NCBI GenBank assembly: GCA_038063895.1
Contig: JBBTUG010000012.1
Span: 14,165 to 78,164 of the forward strand
Length of the DNA stretch: 64,000 nt
Reading direction: 5' to 3'
Source of the DNA: Patescibacteria group bacterium
Lineage (GTDB): Bacteria > Patescibacteriota > WWE3 > JAMCXX01 > JBBTUG01
Shown: piece after piece, positions 29,136 to 37,892 of the stretch
Layout of the letters: each line of letters starts with the position of its first letter
Position numbering within the stretch: the stretch's first letter is position 1
Translations under genes and position numbers: made by a program
The notes under the pieces: generated by a model
Seen by the model: the letters and a program-made list of their open reading frames with translations, nothing else
Told to the model about the DNA's origin: nothing
Database searches by the model: none

Positions 29136-29519
29136 TCAAGAAAGTGGCTTAACCGCGACCATACTGATTTCCACTTTCGCTCCCAGCGGCAGTTCTTTCA
29201 CGCAGACGGTTTCCCGCGCCGGGAAGGGGTCGGAGAAGTAACTGCCGTAAATGGCATTGATCTGTCCGTAAACAGCCATATCCGTTACGTAAATCGTCGT
29301 TTTCACCACGTCCGAAAAGGAAACCCCGGCGGCTTCTAAAATAGCTTTTAGATTACTCATTATCTGGTGGATTTGCTCTTCAATAGTTCCCTCCAATAAC
29401 TGACCGGCGGTAGTCAGATAAATTTGACCAGAAGTAAAAACAAGATCTCCCACAACGACCGCTTGAGAGTACGGTCCAATGGCTTTCGGGGCTTCGGTTG
29501 TCTCAACTTTAATTTTCAT
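29136..29519 (-). CDS. ridA: RidA/YjgF-family reactive intermediate deaminase
   Basis: The product reads TEAPKAIGPYSQAVVVGDLVFTSGQI...ARETVCVKELPLGAKVEI. Confidence 0.85.
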   Translation of the reverse strand: MKIKVETTEAPKAIGPYSQAVVVGDLVFTSGQIYLTTAGQLLEGTIEEQIHQIMSNLKAILEAAGVSFSDVVKTTIYVTDMAVYGQINAIYGSYFSDPFPARETVCVKELPLGAKVEISMVAVKPLS

Positions 29520-29598
29520 ATTTTAGATGTCCAAAATAGATTATAATCGATCGGATACGGACTGTCATTTATCCCGCCGTCTTTATTGAGAAAATACG

Positions 29599-30291
29599 AT
29601 GAGAAGATTTTTTTCGCTCGTCAATAAAACTCCGCTGACGCGGATGCTATTTATCGAAATTTCGGCCGGACTAATCGTGAATATTGCCGTGTTACTTTTG
29701 TTTCTCTTTCTAACCCAGGACGTACTGGAAAAAGAAACCCGATCTTTCGACCTCGCCGCTTCGAACTTTATCTATGCCCTACGCACCCCGGCCCTAACCG
29801 TGATAATGAGTACCGTTACCAACTTGGCCGCTATTCCGTCGGGCTTTGCTCTGTCTTTGTTAGTAGTCCTACTGCTTCTTAAACACCACAAAAAGGAGTC
29901 CCTGGTTTTCTCTCTGGCTTTAGTCTTTGGCGGTGCCCTTAATTACTATCTGAAAATATTCTTTAAACTCCCCCGCCCCGATCTTTCCCCTTTGGTCGTG
30001 TTAGGGGACTTTACTTACCCGTCCGGCCACGCGATGAATAACTTAGTTCTCTACGGCCTACTGACTTATTACGCTTTTCATTTCACCAAAAGTAAGGCCC
30101 TGAGTATGGTGGCGGGAGGGCTGGCTTCGGGGTGGATACTGCTGATCGGCCTAAGTCGGGTCTATTTGGGAGCGCACTACCCCTCTGATGTCCTGGCCGG
30201 TTATTTAGCCGGCTTTTGGTGGCTGCTAACGGTTCTACTAATCGATAAAACAATCAGTCTCAGCAAAGAGGCAAGAAAGTTCCACGAGTAA
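29599..30291 (+). CDS. PAP2-family membrane phosphatase
   Basis: The product has KLPRP, PSGHA and SRVYLGAHYPSDVLAG motifs. Confidence 0.8.
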   Translation: MRRFFSLVNKTPLTRMLFIEISAGLIVNIAVLLLFLFLTQDVLEKETRSFDLAASNFIYALRTPALTVIMSTVTNLAAIPSGFALSLLVVLLLLKHHKKESLVFSLALVFGGALNYYLKIFFKLPRPDLSPLVVLGDFTYPSGHAMNNLVLYGLLTYYAFHFTKSKALSMVAGGLASGWILLIGLSRVYLGAHYPSDVLAGYLAGFWWLLTVLLIDKTISLSKEARKFHE

Positions 30292-30684
30292 TTAATTGGA
30301 TAATATATTTTCGTCTAAGAAATTCTTTAGAGCTGCTAAATCCTTTTTGTCAGGATCATAGCAGTATGCGGTAATGCCTACAGACTGGGCGCTTTTTACC
30401 GCCTCAAGGTTGTGTTCAAAATAGATGACGTCTTCAGCTTGAAGGTTAAAATATTTTAGCATTTGCTGGAAGTAGCCGGGATCCGTCTTGTCTGGATTAT
30501 GTTTGAGAGTGAAAAGCTCGTAAGGCAAATTTGTTAAGCCAAACTGTACCATCTGTCCGTCGTCGGCATTTGTTAAAATAATTTTCCGATTGGGATACTG
30601 TTCTAACAACTCTAACATTGGCTGGTAAACACCTTTTACCACAATGATAAAGGTGTCCACAGCATCCACTAAAATTGTTTTCAT
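30292..30684 (-). CDS. HAD-superfamily hydrolase-like protein
   Basis: The product is HAD-like (DTFIIV.., C-terminal motif region). Confidence 0.45.
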   Translation of the reverse strand: MKTILVDAVDTFIIVVKGVYQPMLELLEQYPNRKIILTNADDGQMVQFGLTNLPYELFTLKHNPDKTDPGYFQQMLKYFNLQAEDVIYFEHNLEAVKSAQSVGITAYCYDPDKKDLAALKNFLDENILSN

Positions 30685-30700
30685 ATTGTTATTATAACAT

Positions 30701-31282
30701 TCAGCTGGTGAATAACCTTTTGGTTTTCTCCAACTTCTTTGGATTTTGTGCTTCCCTAAATAACTTTAATACGATTTCGGTATCTCTAAAATCGTCTTGA
30801 GCGGCTAATTTCAGGAACTCATCAAAGGAGAATGTTATTAAATTTATCTTTTCGCCTGAATCTACCTTTTGACCTTTAACTTTGTGACAGCCTTTCGCAA
30901 TGAACGTATAGCAAGCCCAATCTACTTTTCCGGAAATTTGTATTGCGTCCCAAAGGATAAATTCATCAGCCTTGAAACCGGTTTCTTCTAAAAGTTCGCG
31001 CTTGGCCGCTTCGAGAGGATTTTCTCCCTCATCAATCCGCCCACCAACTGTCCCTAGAAACGGCCGGCCGTCGGGTTGTTCCTGTTTTGAAAGAAGTATT
31101 TTCCCGTCTGAAGTTACCGGTAGAATGTTTACCGTATCCGGTCGTTTTACTTTTTCAAAGATTTTATTGTGGCCATCATACATTTTCTGCTCCCACTGAT
31201 AAACGTCAAATAACTTTCCTCGGAATACCCGTTTAGCGTTTTTCGGAATAGGTTGCCAGGATGGGGGCCGTTTGGTGTTCAT
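30701..31282 (-). CDS. NUDIX hydrolase
   Basis: The product has the Nudix box GGRIDEGENPLEAAKRELLEETG. Confidence 0.8.
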   Translation of the reverse strand: MNTKRPPSWQPIPKNAKRVFRGKLFDVYQWEQKMYDGHNKIFEKVKRPDTVNILPVTSDGKILLSKQEQPDGRPFLGTVGGRIDEGENPLEAAKRELLEETGFKADEFILWDAIQISGKVDWACYTFIAKGCHKVKGQKVDSGEKINLITFSFDEFLKLAAQDDFRDTEIVLKLFREAQNPKKLEKTKRLFTS

Positions 31283-31394
31283 GTGAAAATTATGATCTAA
31301 TTCTGCAAGTTGGCGAAGTGTTGAATGGCTGGGGGAGTTTGGTTGAGGATTTTAGAACTCATGATATCGAAGAAATACTTCTACTTTAAGCGTA

Positions 31395-31727
31395 TTAGTG
31401 TCTTTCTTTATTTGTTATTCTTTCATCGAGATATTTCATCGTATTCAAAAACTCTTTTTCTATATCTACGTTGTATTTGGAAGCTAGCACAAGTAAAGAC
31501 CACAAACAATCTGAAAGTTCATGCGCCAACTCCTTATCTACGTCCTTGTCTCCAAGCTGCCTATACCCCTCCTTTGCCATTACTATTTTCATTAGTGCCC
31601 CTACATCACCTACAAATCCTTCCATTACTTGTTCTCTCCCCCACGCGGCACCGTATAACTCTTCCTCGAGTTTGTGGTATTTTTCCCTGACTTCAATACC
31701 CCTATCAATTAATTTTCGTAGTTCCAT
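31395..31727 (-). CDS. MazG-like nucleotide pyrophosphohydrolase
   Basis: The product has a MazG-domain pattern (EExE..., LGDVLWSL-like DCLWSLLVLA). Confidence 0.65.
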   Translation of the reverse strand: MELRKLIDRGIEVREKYHKLEEELYGAAWGREQVMEGFVGDVGALMKIVMAKEGYRQLGDKDVDKELAHELSDCLWSLLVLASKYNVDIEKEFLNTMKYLDERITNKERH

Positions 31728-31780
31728 AGATTAATCATAACAAATTTTCCTATATAACCAAACATCAGCTATTAAATATG

Positions 31781-31810
31781 TGGCTAGGGGATTTGGATTC
31801 GGTCACGGAT
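31781..31810 (-). repeat. degenerate direct copy of the tRNA-Gln 3' end (T-arm plus acceptor)
   Basis: tggctaggggatttggattcggtcacggat matches tggctgcggggcgtggattcggaccacgatc (31873-31903) at about 80% identity with one indel, in the same orientation. Confidence 0.4.
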
Positions 31811-31872
31811 AAAAATCTGCTGATTTTTTCCTCGACTCCTCCTCCCCTTCAGATCACAGAACTACCGAAAGA

Positions 31873-31947
31873 TGGCTGCGGGGCGTGGATTCGGACCACG
31901 ATCTCCGGTTTCAGAGACCGGCGATACTACCGTTGATCTACCCCGCA
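31873..31947 (-). tRNA. tRNA-Gln (anticodon CUG)
   Basis: The minus strand reads UGCGGGG-UA-GAUC..., with anticodon stem CCGGU/ACCGG and loop CUCUGAA. The T-arm is CGUGG-UCCGAAU-CCACG, the acceptor is fully paired, the discriminator is G and CCA is encoded. It is 75 nt with a 3-bp D-stem, as in many tRNA-Gln. The T-loop UCCGAAU is slightly unusual. Confidence 0.7.
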
Positions 31948-32837
31948 ATACACCTGAACTTTCTGAAAAATATCAACTTTTCAAACCTTCTAACTTCGGC
32001 CCTCTTTCTCAATCTCGTGGCTATATTTCGGTACTCCGGATGATAGTTTAACATTTCCAAGGCCTTACCAACATCTTTAAGAAGTTTCGGATTCCGATTC
32101 GCGAATTGGAAGTTATAAGTGCAGGTTGGTAAATGCACCGACAACGACCCCTCCGCCTCGAATAAACCTTTTAGTATCCAGACTAAGTACATCTCGGATT
32201 TCCAAGCCCAATAGGGAATTCCCGTTTCTGATTTCCCTCTGTCACCGGAAGAAATACCAAGACGCTCTGAAATTTGCTTCTGGTAAATCCGCCACTTAAC
32301 TCCGTTTCCTTTCCTAGCCAATGCCGGGGTTTTACTAAAAAAATGTTGCATCAGTTTTTTGGTGTAGTTAACAAGTTTCGGATACTTTACATTAAGAGCA
32401 ATCGTTAGTGACTCTGTGCGCGGAAATTTCTGAATGTGCCCATCGCCTAAAACTAAACCAATTAGAAAGGCCAGCTCTTTAGACCTTCTAAAGGACGGAT
32501 ACTTGTTGCGGATAAAGCCCTTTTTAATCATTTTAGTCCTCCAACGCGCGAAATTGTCGATGTGCCGCTTTCTCATCGTCTCGGAAATTTTTAGAACCCC
32601 CGGGTGAGTGTCCTTAGTAAAACCTGTACTCCAAGAAACGTTTCTCCCCTCAAGGCTTTTTCGCCACTTTTGGTAAAGACTGCTGGTTTTTGGATAAAGA
32701 CACGGCGGGGTGGCAAACCTAATGCTTTGCGAAGGAAACAAGACTTTATAAGCCCTAGGGCTCAACTGGTGTTTAGATTTTAGATGGGTGCTGGAGATAA
32801 TACCAAATTTTTGGTGACAAAGCCGGCAAATAACCAT
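31938..32837 (-). CDS. LAGLIDADG homing endonuclease with N-terminal C2H2-like zinc finger
   Basis: Two LAGLIDADG motifs are present (LIGLVLGDGHI and LKGLFEAEGSLS), so the protein is double-motif and monomeric. The N-terminus reads CRLCHQKFGIISSTHLKSKH. The 3' end overlaps the tRNA-Gln 5' end by about 10 nt. Confidence 0.8.
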   Translation of the reverse strand: MVICRLCHQKFGIISSTHLKSKHQLSPRAYKVLFPSQSIRFATPPCLYPKTSSLYQKWRKSLEGRNVSWSTGFTKDTHPGVLKISETMRKRHIDNFARWRTKMIKKGFIRNKYPSFRRSKELAFLIGLVLGDGHIQKFPRTESLTIALNVKYPKLVNYTKKLMQHFFSKTPALARKGNGVKWRIYQKQISERLGISSGDRGKSETGIPYWAWKSEMYLVWILKGLFEAEGSLSVHLPTCTYNFQFANRNPKLLKDVGKALEMLNYHPEYRNIATRLRKRAEVRRFEKLIFFRKFRCIAG

Positions 32838-32967
32838 ATTTCTACCACCTAGACGATCACCATCATATTAGCATAAACTAAGTGGAAAATACATTCTCCT
32901 GATAATTAACTACTTGACAGCCAACCATAACATATATATAGTTATCTATACGTTAATTGAGGAAAAT

Positions 32968-34251
32968 ATGGGTGAGGCTTTAAAAAGATTTAGGAAAAAT
33001 CCGCTGCAGGTGTTATTTTTTACCGTCTTTCTGGACATGGTCCGGTTCGGAATTCTAATTCCCGTCATTCCCGAGCTTTTAGCTAACCCGCATTCTCCTT
33101 ATTTTCTCCTCCCCCACGGACTAACAATTCAAAATGGCTATATCCTTTTAGGCTTTCTCACCGCCGTTTTTCCTTTAGCACAATTTTTCGCGACCCCGAT
33201 CTTCGGCCAATTATCGGATGTTTACGGACGTAAAAAACTACTGGTCATTTCTTTGGCCGGAACTTTTATCTCTTATCTTCTCTTCGCCTACGGAATTTTA
33301 ACCCGGAACTTGGGCTTACTGTTTTTTTCCCGCGCAGTGGACGGAGTGACAGGCGGGAATATTTCCGTCGCCCAAGCGGCCATCGCCGACGTGACCACTC
33401 CCGAAAACCGGGCAAAGAATTTTGGGATGATTGGAGCGGCTTTTGGTCTGGGATTTATCCTCGGCCCCTATATCGGCGGCAAGCTTTCCGACCCGTCGGT
33501 GCTGCCATTTTTCGACGCCACGACGCCTTTTTGGTTCGCCGCCGGACTAAGCTTACTAAATACTCTTTCCGTTATATTTTTCTTCCCGGAAACTTTAAAA
33601 CACGCTAAAGCTAAACTGGAACTGCGGATAACCGATTCCGTCCGAAATATCGCCAAGGCCTTTTCGCTGAAAGAAATCCGTCCCCTCTTTTTAACTTCCC
33701 TTCTTTTCCAGGGCGGCTTTACCTTTTTCGCAACATTCTTTCCGATCTTTTTAATCAACCGGTTCGCCTTTACGCAGGGTAACATCGGCGACTTATTTTC
33801 CTACATGGGCCTTTGGATTGCTTTTACCCAAGCGTTCATCACCCGCAAAATCGCCGCCCGTTACCGGGAAGACGAAACTTTAAAAATTACGCTTTTCGGA
33901 GTCAGTTTTGCCGTCTTAATATACTTTTTCCCGCATTCCTGGTGGCAACTGCTATTTATCGTCCCACTTATGGCCATCTTTAACGGCTTATCCAACGTCA
34001 ACCTGACAGGCCTTATTAGCCGCTCCGTTGGACCGAAAATCCAAGGCGAAATATTGGGAATTAACGCCAGTGTCCAGGCTTTAGCGCAAGCCATCCCCCC
34101 AATCCTTTCCGGCTACATCGCTGCGTCGCTAACGCCATCCACCCCGATTTTAGTTTCATCTTTCGTCCTTCTTTTAGCCGGACTGGCTTTCGTTTTCTTT
34201 TACCGTCCAGCTGCTAAAATTCATCCGGCTTTCCAGCCTACTTCAACTTGA
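32968..34251 (+). CDS. MFS transporter (TetA/DHA1-like)
   Basis: The product has MFS motif A GQLSDVYGRKKLL and 12 TM segments. SD GAGGAAAAT precedes ATG at 32968. TTGACA/TATATA promoter-like boxes lie at 32913-32940. Confidence 0.75.
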   Translation: MGEALKRFRKNPLQVLFFTVFLDMVRFGILIPVIPELLANPHSPYFLLPHGLTIQNGYILLGFLTAVFPLAQFFATPIFGQLSDVYGRKKLLVISLAGTFISYLLFAYGILTRNLGLLFFSRAVDGVTGGNISVAQAAIADVTTPENRAKNFGMIGAAFGLGFILGPYIGGKLSDPSVLPFFDATTPFWFAAGLSLLNTLSVIFFFPETLKHAKAKLELRITDSVRNIAKAFSLKEIRPLFLTSLLFQGGFTFFATFFPIFLINRFAFTQGNIGDLFSYMGLWIAFTQAFITRKIAARYREDETLKITLFGVSFAVLIYFFPHSWWQLLFIVPLMAIFNGLSNVNLTGLISRSVGPKIQGEILGINASVQALAQAIPPILSGYIAASLTPSTPILVSSFVLLLAGLAFVFFYRPAAKIHPAFQPTST

Positions 34252-34287
34252 CAACCAATACCCCCCTTAGGTATTGTGGGTTTATTG

Positions 34288-34554
34288 ATGAACCCTCTGA
34301 TTAAGAAGCGCAGTCTTCGCCGCCTAAAGATTATTTGCGGTCAGGTCCACGGGCTGGAGAGAATGATCGAAAACGAGTGTTACTGCATTGATTTGATCAA
34401 TCAGTCACTGGCCATCCGGGAAGCGCTCCTCAGTCTCGAAAAGCTAATCATGGAGAACCACCTCGCCACCCACGTAGTGGAACAGATTAAAGCCGGGCAA
34501 AGTAAAAAGGCGGTTAAAGAAGTCTTATCTATTTATAAGTTCGCTAATCGGTAG
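34288..34554 (+). CDS. csoR: CsoR/RcnR-family metal-sensing transcriptional repressor
   Basis: The product reads RLKIICGQVHGLERMIENECYCIDLINQSLAIREAL, with DUF156 fold and metal-ligand C-H-C positions. Confidence 0.8.
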   Translation: MNPLIKKRSLRRLKIICGQVHGLERMIENECYCIDLINQSLAIREALLSLEKLIMENHLATHVVEQIKAGQSKKAVKEVLSIYKFANR

Positions 34555-34568
34555 TTATAATTAATAAG

Positions 34569-35084
34569 ATGAAAATCGATAAAGGTCTGCTCACCATCGT
34601 CGGAGTTACTATCGCTCTTTTTGTGGCGCTGATTTCTATAGCCTCCCCAGGCAATAATAGTACTCCGCAGTTGCTTGGTGCTAGCCAGACATCAAATCAG
34701 GCAAATCCCTTAACCGCGACGGAATCATTTTTTGACTTCGGGACGGTTTCGATGGCAAAAGGTAAGATTAATCACACCTTTAAAATCACCAACCCGACCC
34801 AAAACGGAGTCAAAATCGGGAAAATCTACACCTCTTGTATGTGCACTACCGCCACCCTAATCAAAGACGGAAAACGTTTTGGGCCGTACGGGATGCCGGG
34901 ACACGCTGGTCTCGCGGCGGTGAATGAAACGATTGAACCGGGACAAGAGACAGAAATCGAAGTAGTCTTCGATCCAGCCGCTCACGGCCCTTCAGGCGTT
35001 GGTCCAATCGGGCGGGAAATAATTATTGAACCGGAAGGAACCACGCCCTTCAAACTCAGCTTCCGGGCCAACGTCACACCTTAA
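34569..35084 (+). CDS. DUF1573-domain protein, membrane-anchored
   Basis: An N-terminal TM segment is followed by a beta-sandwich-like region with TSCMCTTA. Confidence 0.55.
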   Translation: MKIDKGLLTIVGVTIALFVALISIASPGNNSTPQLLGASQTSNQANPLTATESFFDFGTVSMAKGKINHTFKITNPTQNGVKIGKIYTSCMCTTATLIKDGKRFGPYGMPGHAGLAAVNETIEPGQETEIEVVFDPAAHGPSGVGPIGREIIIEPEGTTPFKLSFRANVTP

Positions 35085-35095
35085 ATATTTATATT

Positions 35096-35878
35096 ATGAA
35101 CCGAAGATTAGTCGCTCTAATCAGCCTGGCCGCAATCTTTATTATTGTTCTTGTTCTGCTAAAAAACGGGCCGGCGGGGACAGTCTTTGTTTGGAATATC
35201 AGTCGCGGCGGGACATGGCTGTTGCCCCTAGTTATTGTCTCTTCCGTAATTGACAGCATCAATCCCTGCGCCTTTTCAATCCTTTTACTGACTATTGCTT
35301 TTTTGTTCAGCTTAAACCGGACCCGCGCCGATATCTTAAAAATCGGCGCCGTTTATATCTTCGGTATTTTCGTTATCTACCTTTTAATCGGAATCGGTCT
35401 GATTCAAGCCATGCATCTTTTTGGGACACCCCACTTTATGGCCAAAGTCGGGGCGTATCTGCTGATGGCGATGGGCCTCATCGGCCTTATCAATGAGTTC
35501 TTTCCCGCTTTTCCGATAAAACTGCAAATCCCCGCGAGCACCCATACCGGAATGGCCGTTTTGATGAAAAAAGCCTCTTTGCCGGCGGCGTTCCTGCTCG
35601 GTGCGGTGGTCGGCATCTGTGAGTTTCCCTGTACCGGCGGCCCTTATTTAATGATTCTCGGCCTCCTCCACGACAAGGCTACCTACATGGCCGGAACAGC
35701 CTATCTTTTCCTTTATAATGTGATCTTCGTTTTCCCGCTGGTCCTAATTTTGCTGCTCTCCAGTGATAAAACCGTTTTGAATAAAATTCAGACTTGGCGG
35801 AAACTTAATGTCCGGCCGATGCGTCTTTACGGCAGCTTAGCGATGATCATTTTAGGACTGATTATTTTATCTATATGA
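35096..35878 (+). CDS. ccdA: cytochrome c biogenesis protein CcdA / DsbD-family transmembrane thiol-disulfide transporter
   Basis: The product has a conserved Cys pair in TM helices (INPCAF ... CEFPCTGGP). Confidence 0.75.
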   Translation: MNRRLVALISLAAIFIIVLVLLKNGPAGTVFVWNISRGGTWLLPLVIVSSVIDSINPCAFSILLLTIAFLFSLNRTRADILKIGAVYIFGIFVIYLLIGIGLIQAMHLFGTPHFMAKVGAYLLMAMGLIGLINEFFPAFPIKLQIPASTHTGMAVLMKKASLPAAFLLGAVVGICEFPCTGGPYLMILGLLHDKATYMAGTAYLFLYNVIFVFPLVLILLLSSDKTVLNKIQTWRKLNVRPMRLYGSLAMIILGLIILSI

Positions 35879-36405
35879 TTACCAACGAAGAACAATTTAA
35901 AAAAATAACGGAAAAAATCGAAGCGCTGAAAAAGGCCAACAAGTTTGATCTTTCACTGGACGAAGATTTAAGCCTCGCCGTAATGAACCTTATCAGTCTG
36001 GAGGAGCACTTCTTTTTTACCGCCGAAAAAACCGGCAAGCTTGGTTACCTCGCGTTGCTGAAAGAAACCCGGGAAATCCGCAAGGAGCTGATGGCCCGGC
36101 TCGTCGATAAAAATGAGGGGGAAACCTGGTGCATCAGCAAGCACCTATTGGCCGCGACCATGCGCCTGATTGAGGTCGGGACGAAACTTCAGACGGATAA
36201 CAAAGAGGAGGAAGCTAAAAAGATGTTTGCTTCAGCCTATCGGGTTTACGCCCTCTTTTGGGCGGTCCGGTTTAAAGTTATTGATCTGGCGGGTGTGAAA
36301 AAAATTCCGGAGACGATTATTAATAAAGACGATAAGAATCCGCAGGAAAAGCCGTGGACTTTTGAGGAGATCATCAATAAATTGGTTGATTGTTGCGATG
36401 AATAA
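35875..36405 (+). CDS. hypothetical protein (176 aa)
   Basis: The start overlaps the ccdA stop (ATGA). Confidence 0.35.
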   Translation: MITNEEQFKKITEKIEALKKANKFDLSLDEDLSLAVMNLISLEEHFFFTAEKTGKLGYLALLKETREIRKELMARLVDKNEGETWCISKHLLAATMRLIEVGTKLQTDNKEEEAKKMFASAYRVYALFWAVRFKVIDLAGVKKIPETIINKDDKNPQEKPWTFEEIINKLVDCCDE

Positions 36406-36841
36406 CCGTAAAATTAAAACTCTTTTTTCCAATCTCGCGGCCGTTGCCGTCGTCGTAGTGATCCTCGTCCTCGTTACCAGGCTGTTAAAAAACGATCCGG
36501 TGGGTGCCGTGGCCGGAGTCAAATTAAGTGAGTCTCAACTGACAACCTTCGCCGAATATTTAACGGAAAAGGGCGTCGTAATGTATGGCGCCTATTGGTG
36601 CAGTCACTGCCAAAACCAGAAACAAATGTTCGGTTCTGCCTTCCAATACATTACTTACGTCGAGTGCACGAAGGAAACGGAAAAGTGCGTAGCCGCAGGA
36701 GTTAAAGGCTACCCAACCTGGATCTTCCCCAAGGCTGATAAAGCGGGAGTCGATAAACTTGAGGGCGAAATCACACTTGATAAACTGGCCCAAACTGCAG
36801 GATACCAGTTTCCACCATCTGAAAATGAAACAAAAAATTAA
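36398..36841 (+). CDS. membrane-anchored thioredoxin-fold protein (WCSHC active site)
   Basis: An N-terminal TM segment is followed by YGAYWCSHCQNQK. Confidence 0.7.
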   Translation: MNNRKIKTLFSNLAAVAVVVVILVLVTRLLKNDPVGAVAGVKLSESQLTTFAEYLTEKGVVMYGAYWCSHCQNQKQMFGSAFQYITYVECTKETEKCVAAGVKGYPTWIFPKADKAGVDKLEGEITLDKLAQTAGYQFPPSENETKN

Positions 36842-37880
36842 AAAAATATACACTGCCTTAAACGGACCGGCCAGGCTCTTTTTGTGGGTCGCAATGGCCG
36901 AATTGGCGTTTATTATCTTCTCGCTGTTTTTCGAGGTTAGGCTCGTTCCGAAAACCGGGCCGCTTTTTGTCTTCAATAAACTTGGGTTTATTAACCGTTC
37001 GGCCGTCAGTAACGATGTTGTTCTCGATTCAGCCAATCAACCAAATAGAAACAATCCTCCTTCTGCCCTCGACGGCCCTTCGGCTCCGGCTCCGGCGCCG
37101 TCTTCAGCCTCTGCAGCTGATCCTGAACTGGAAAAGAAAGTTCTTCCGAGTGAGGGCGCAGAGTTGCCGGTTACCTGGGGGGATCTCGGCCGGCGTTTAG
37201 TCGAAAGCGGGGTTATCGACCAAACGGCATTCGAAGGAACATATAATGAGCGGGGCGGGATGAGTCCGGAAATGAAAAATCTGCTGACCGGCAGTAATAA
37301 TGGAAAGTTAAAAATCACCGCTGAAAACTCCGGCTTCATTCTCAATCTCCTGTGGGCACTGGGTTTAGGCAACAAGAATGAAATTTTAGAAAAGGGCGAA
37401 ATGAACGACCCCCAATACGGGGGAGCCGGTAACTTTGCCTCAACCGGTGGCTGGTCGCTAGCGAAGGGAAAAGCGATGGATCACTACTCGAAATATTCTT
37501 TCATTAAGTTAACATCGGCTCAACAACAGTTGGTGGATAAAACCTCCCGGGGAATTTACCGCCCCTGCTGCGGCAACTCCACCCACTTCCCCGACTGTAA
37601 TCACGGAATGGCGATGCTGGGCTTATTAGAACTGATGGCTTCCCAGGGAATCGGTGAGACGGAGATGTATAAATACGCCCTGAAAGTTAATGCCTATTGG
37701 TTCCCTGACACTTATTTAACCATCGCAAAGTATCTACAGGCTCAAGGGACAACGTGGGAAAAGGCCTCCCCCCAGGAAATTCTCGGCAACAACTACTCCA
37801 GCGGGTCCGGTTACCAGCGGATCGTCAAACAGACTTCTCCGGTACAACCCCAGGGCGGGACGCCCGGTTGCGGAGTTTAG
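36825..37880 (+). CDS. hypothetical membrane-anchored protein with CCGNSTHFPDCNHG motif
   Basis: A TM segment, a Pro/Ala-rich linker and a ~250-aa domain make up the product. The Cys/His cluster is suggestive of metal binding. Confidence 0.4.
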   Translation: MKQKIKKIYTALNGPARLFLWVAMAELAFIIFSLFFEVRLVPKTGPLFVFNKLGFINRSAVSNDVVLDSANQPNRNNPPSALDGPSAPAPAPSSASAADPELEKKVLPSEGAELPVTWGDLGRRLVESGVIDQTAFEGTYNERGGMSPEMKNLLTGSNNGKLKITAENSGFILNLLWALGLGNKNEILEKGEMNDPQYGGAGNFASTGGWSLAKGKAMDHYSKYSFIKLTSAQQQLVDKTSRGIYRPCCGNSTHFPDCNHGMAMLGLLELMASQGIGETEMYKYALKVNAYWFPDTYLTIAKYLQAQGTTWEKASPQEILGNNYSSGSGYQRIVKQTSPVQPQGGTPGCGV

Positions 37881-37892
37881 GCAGCCTAAGCC

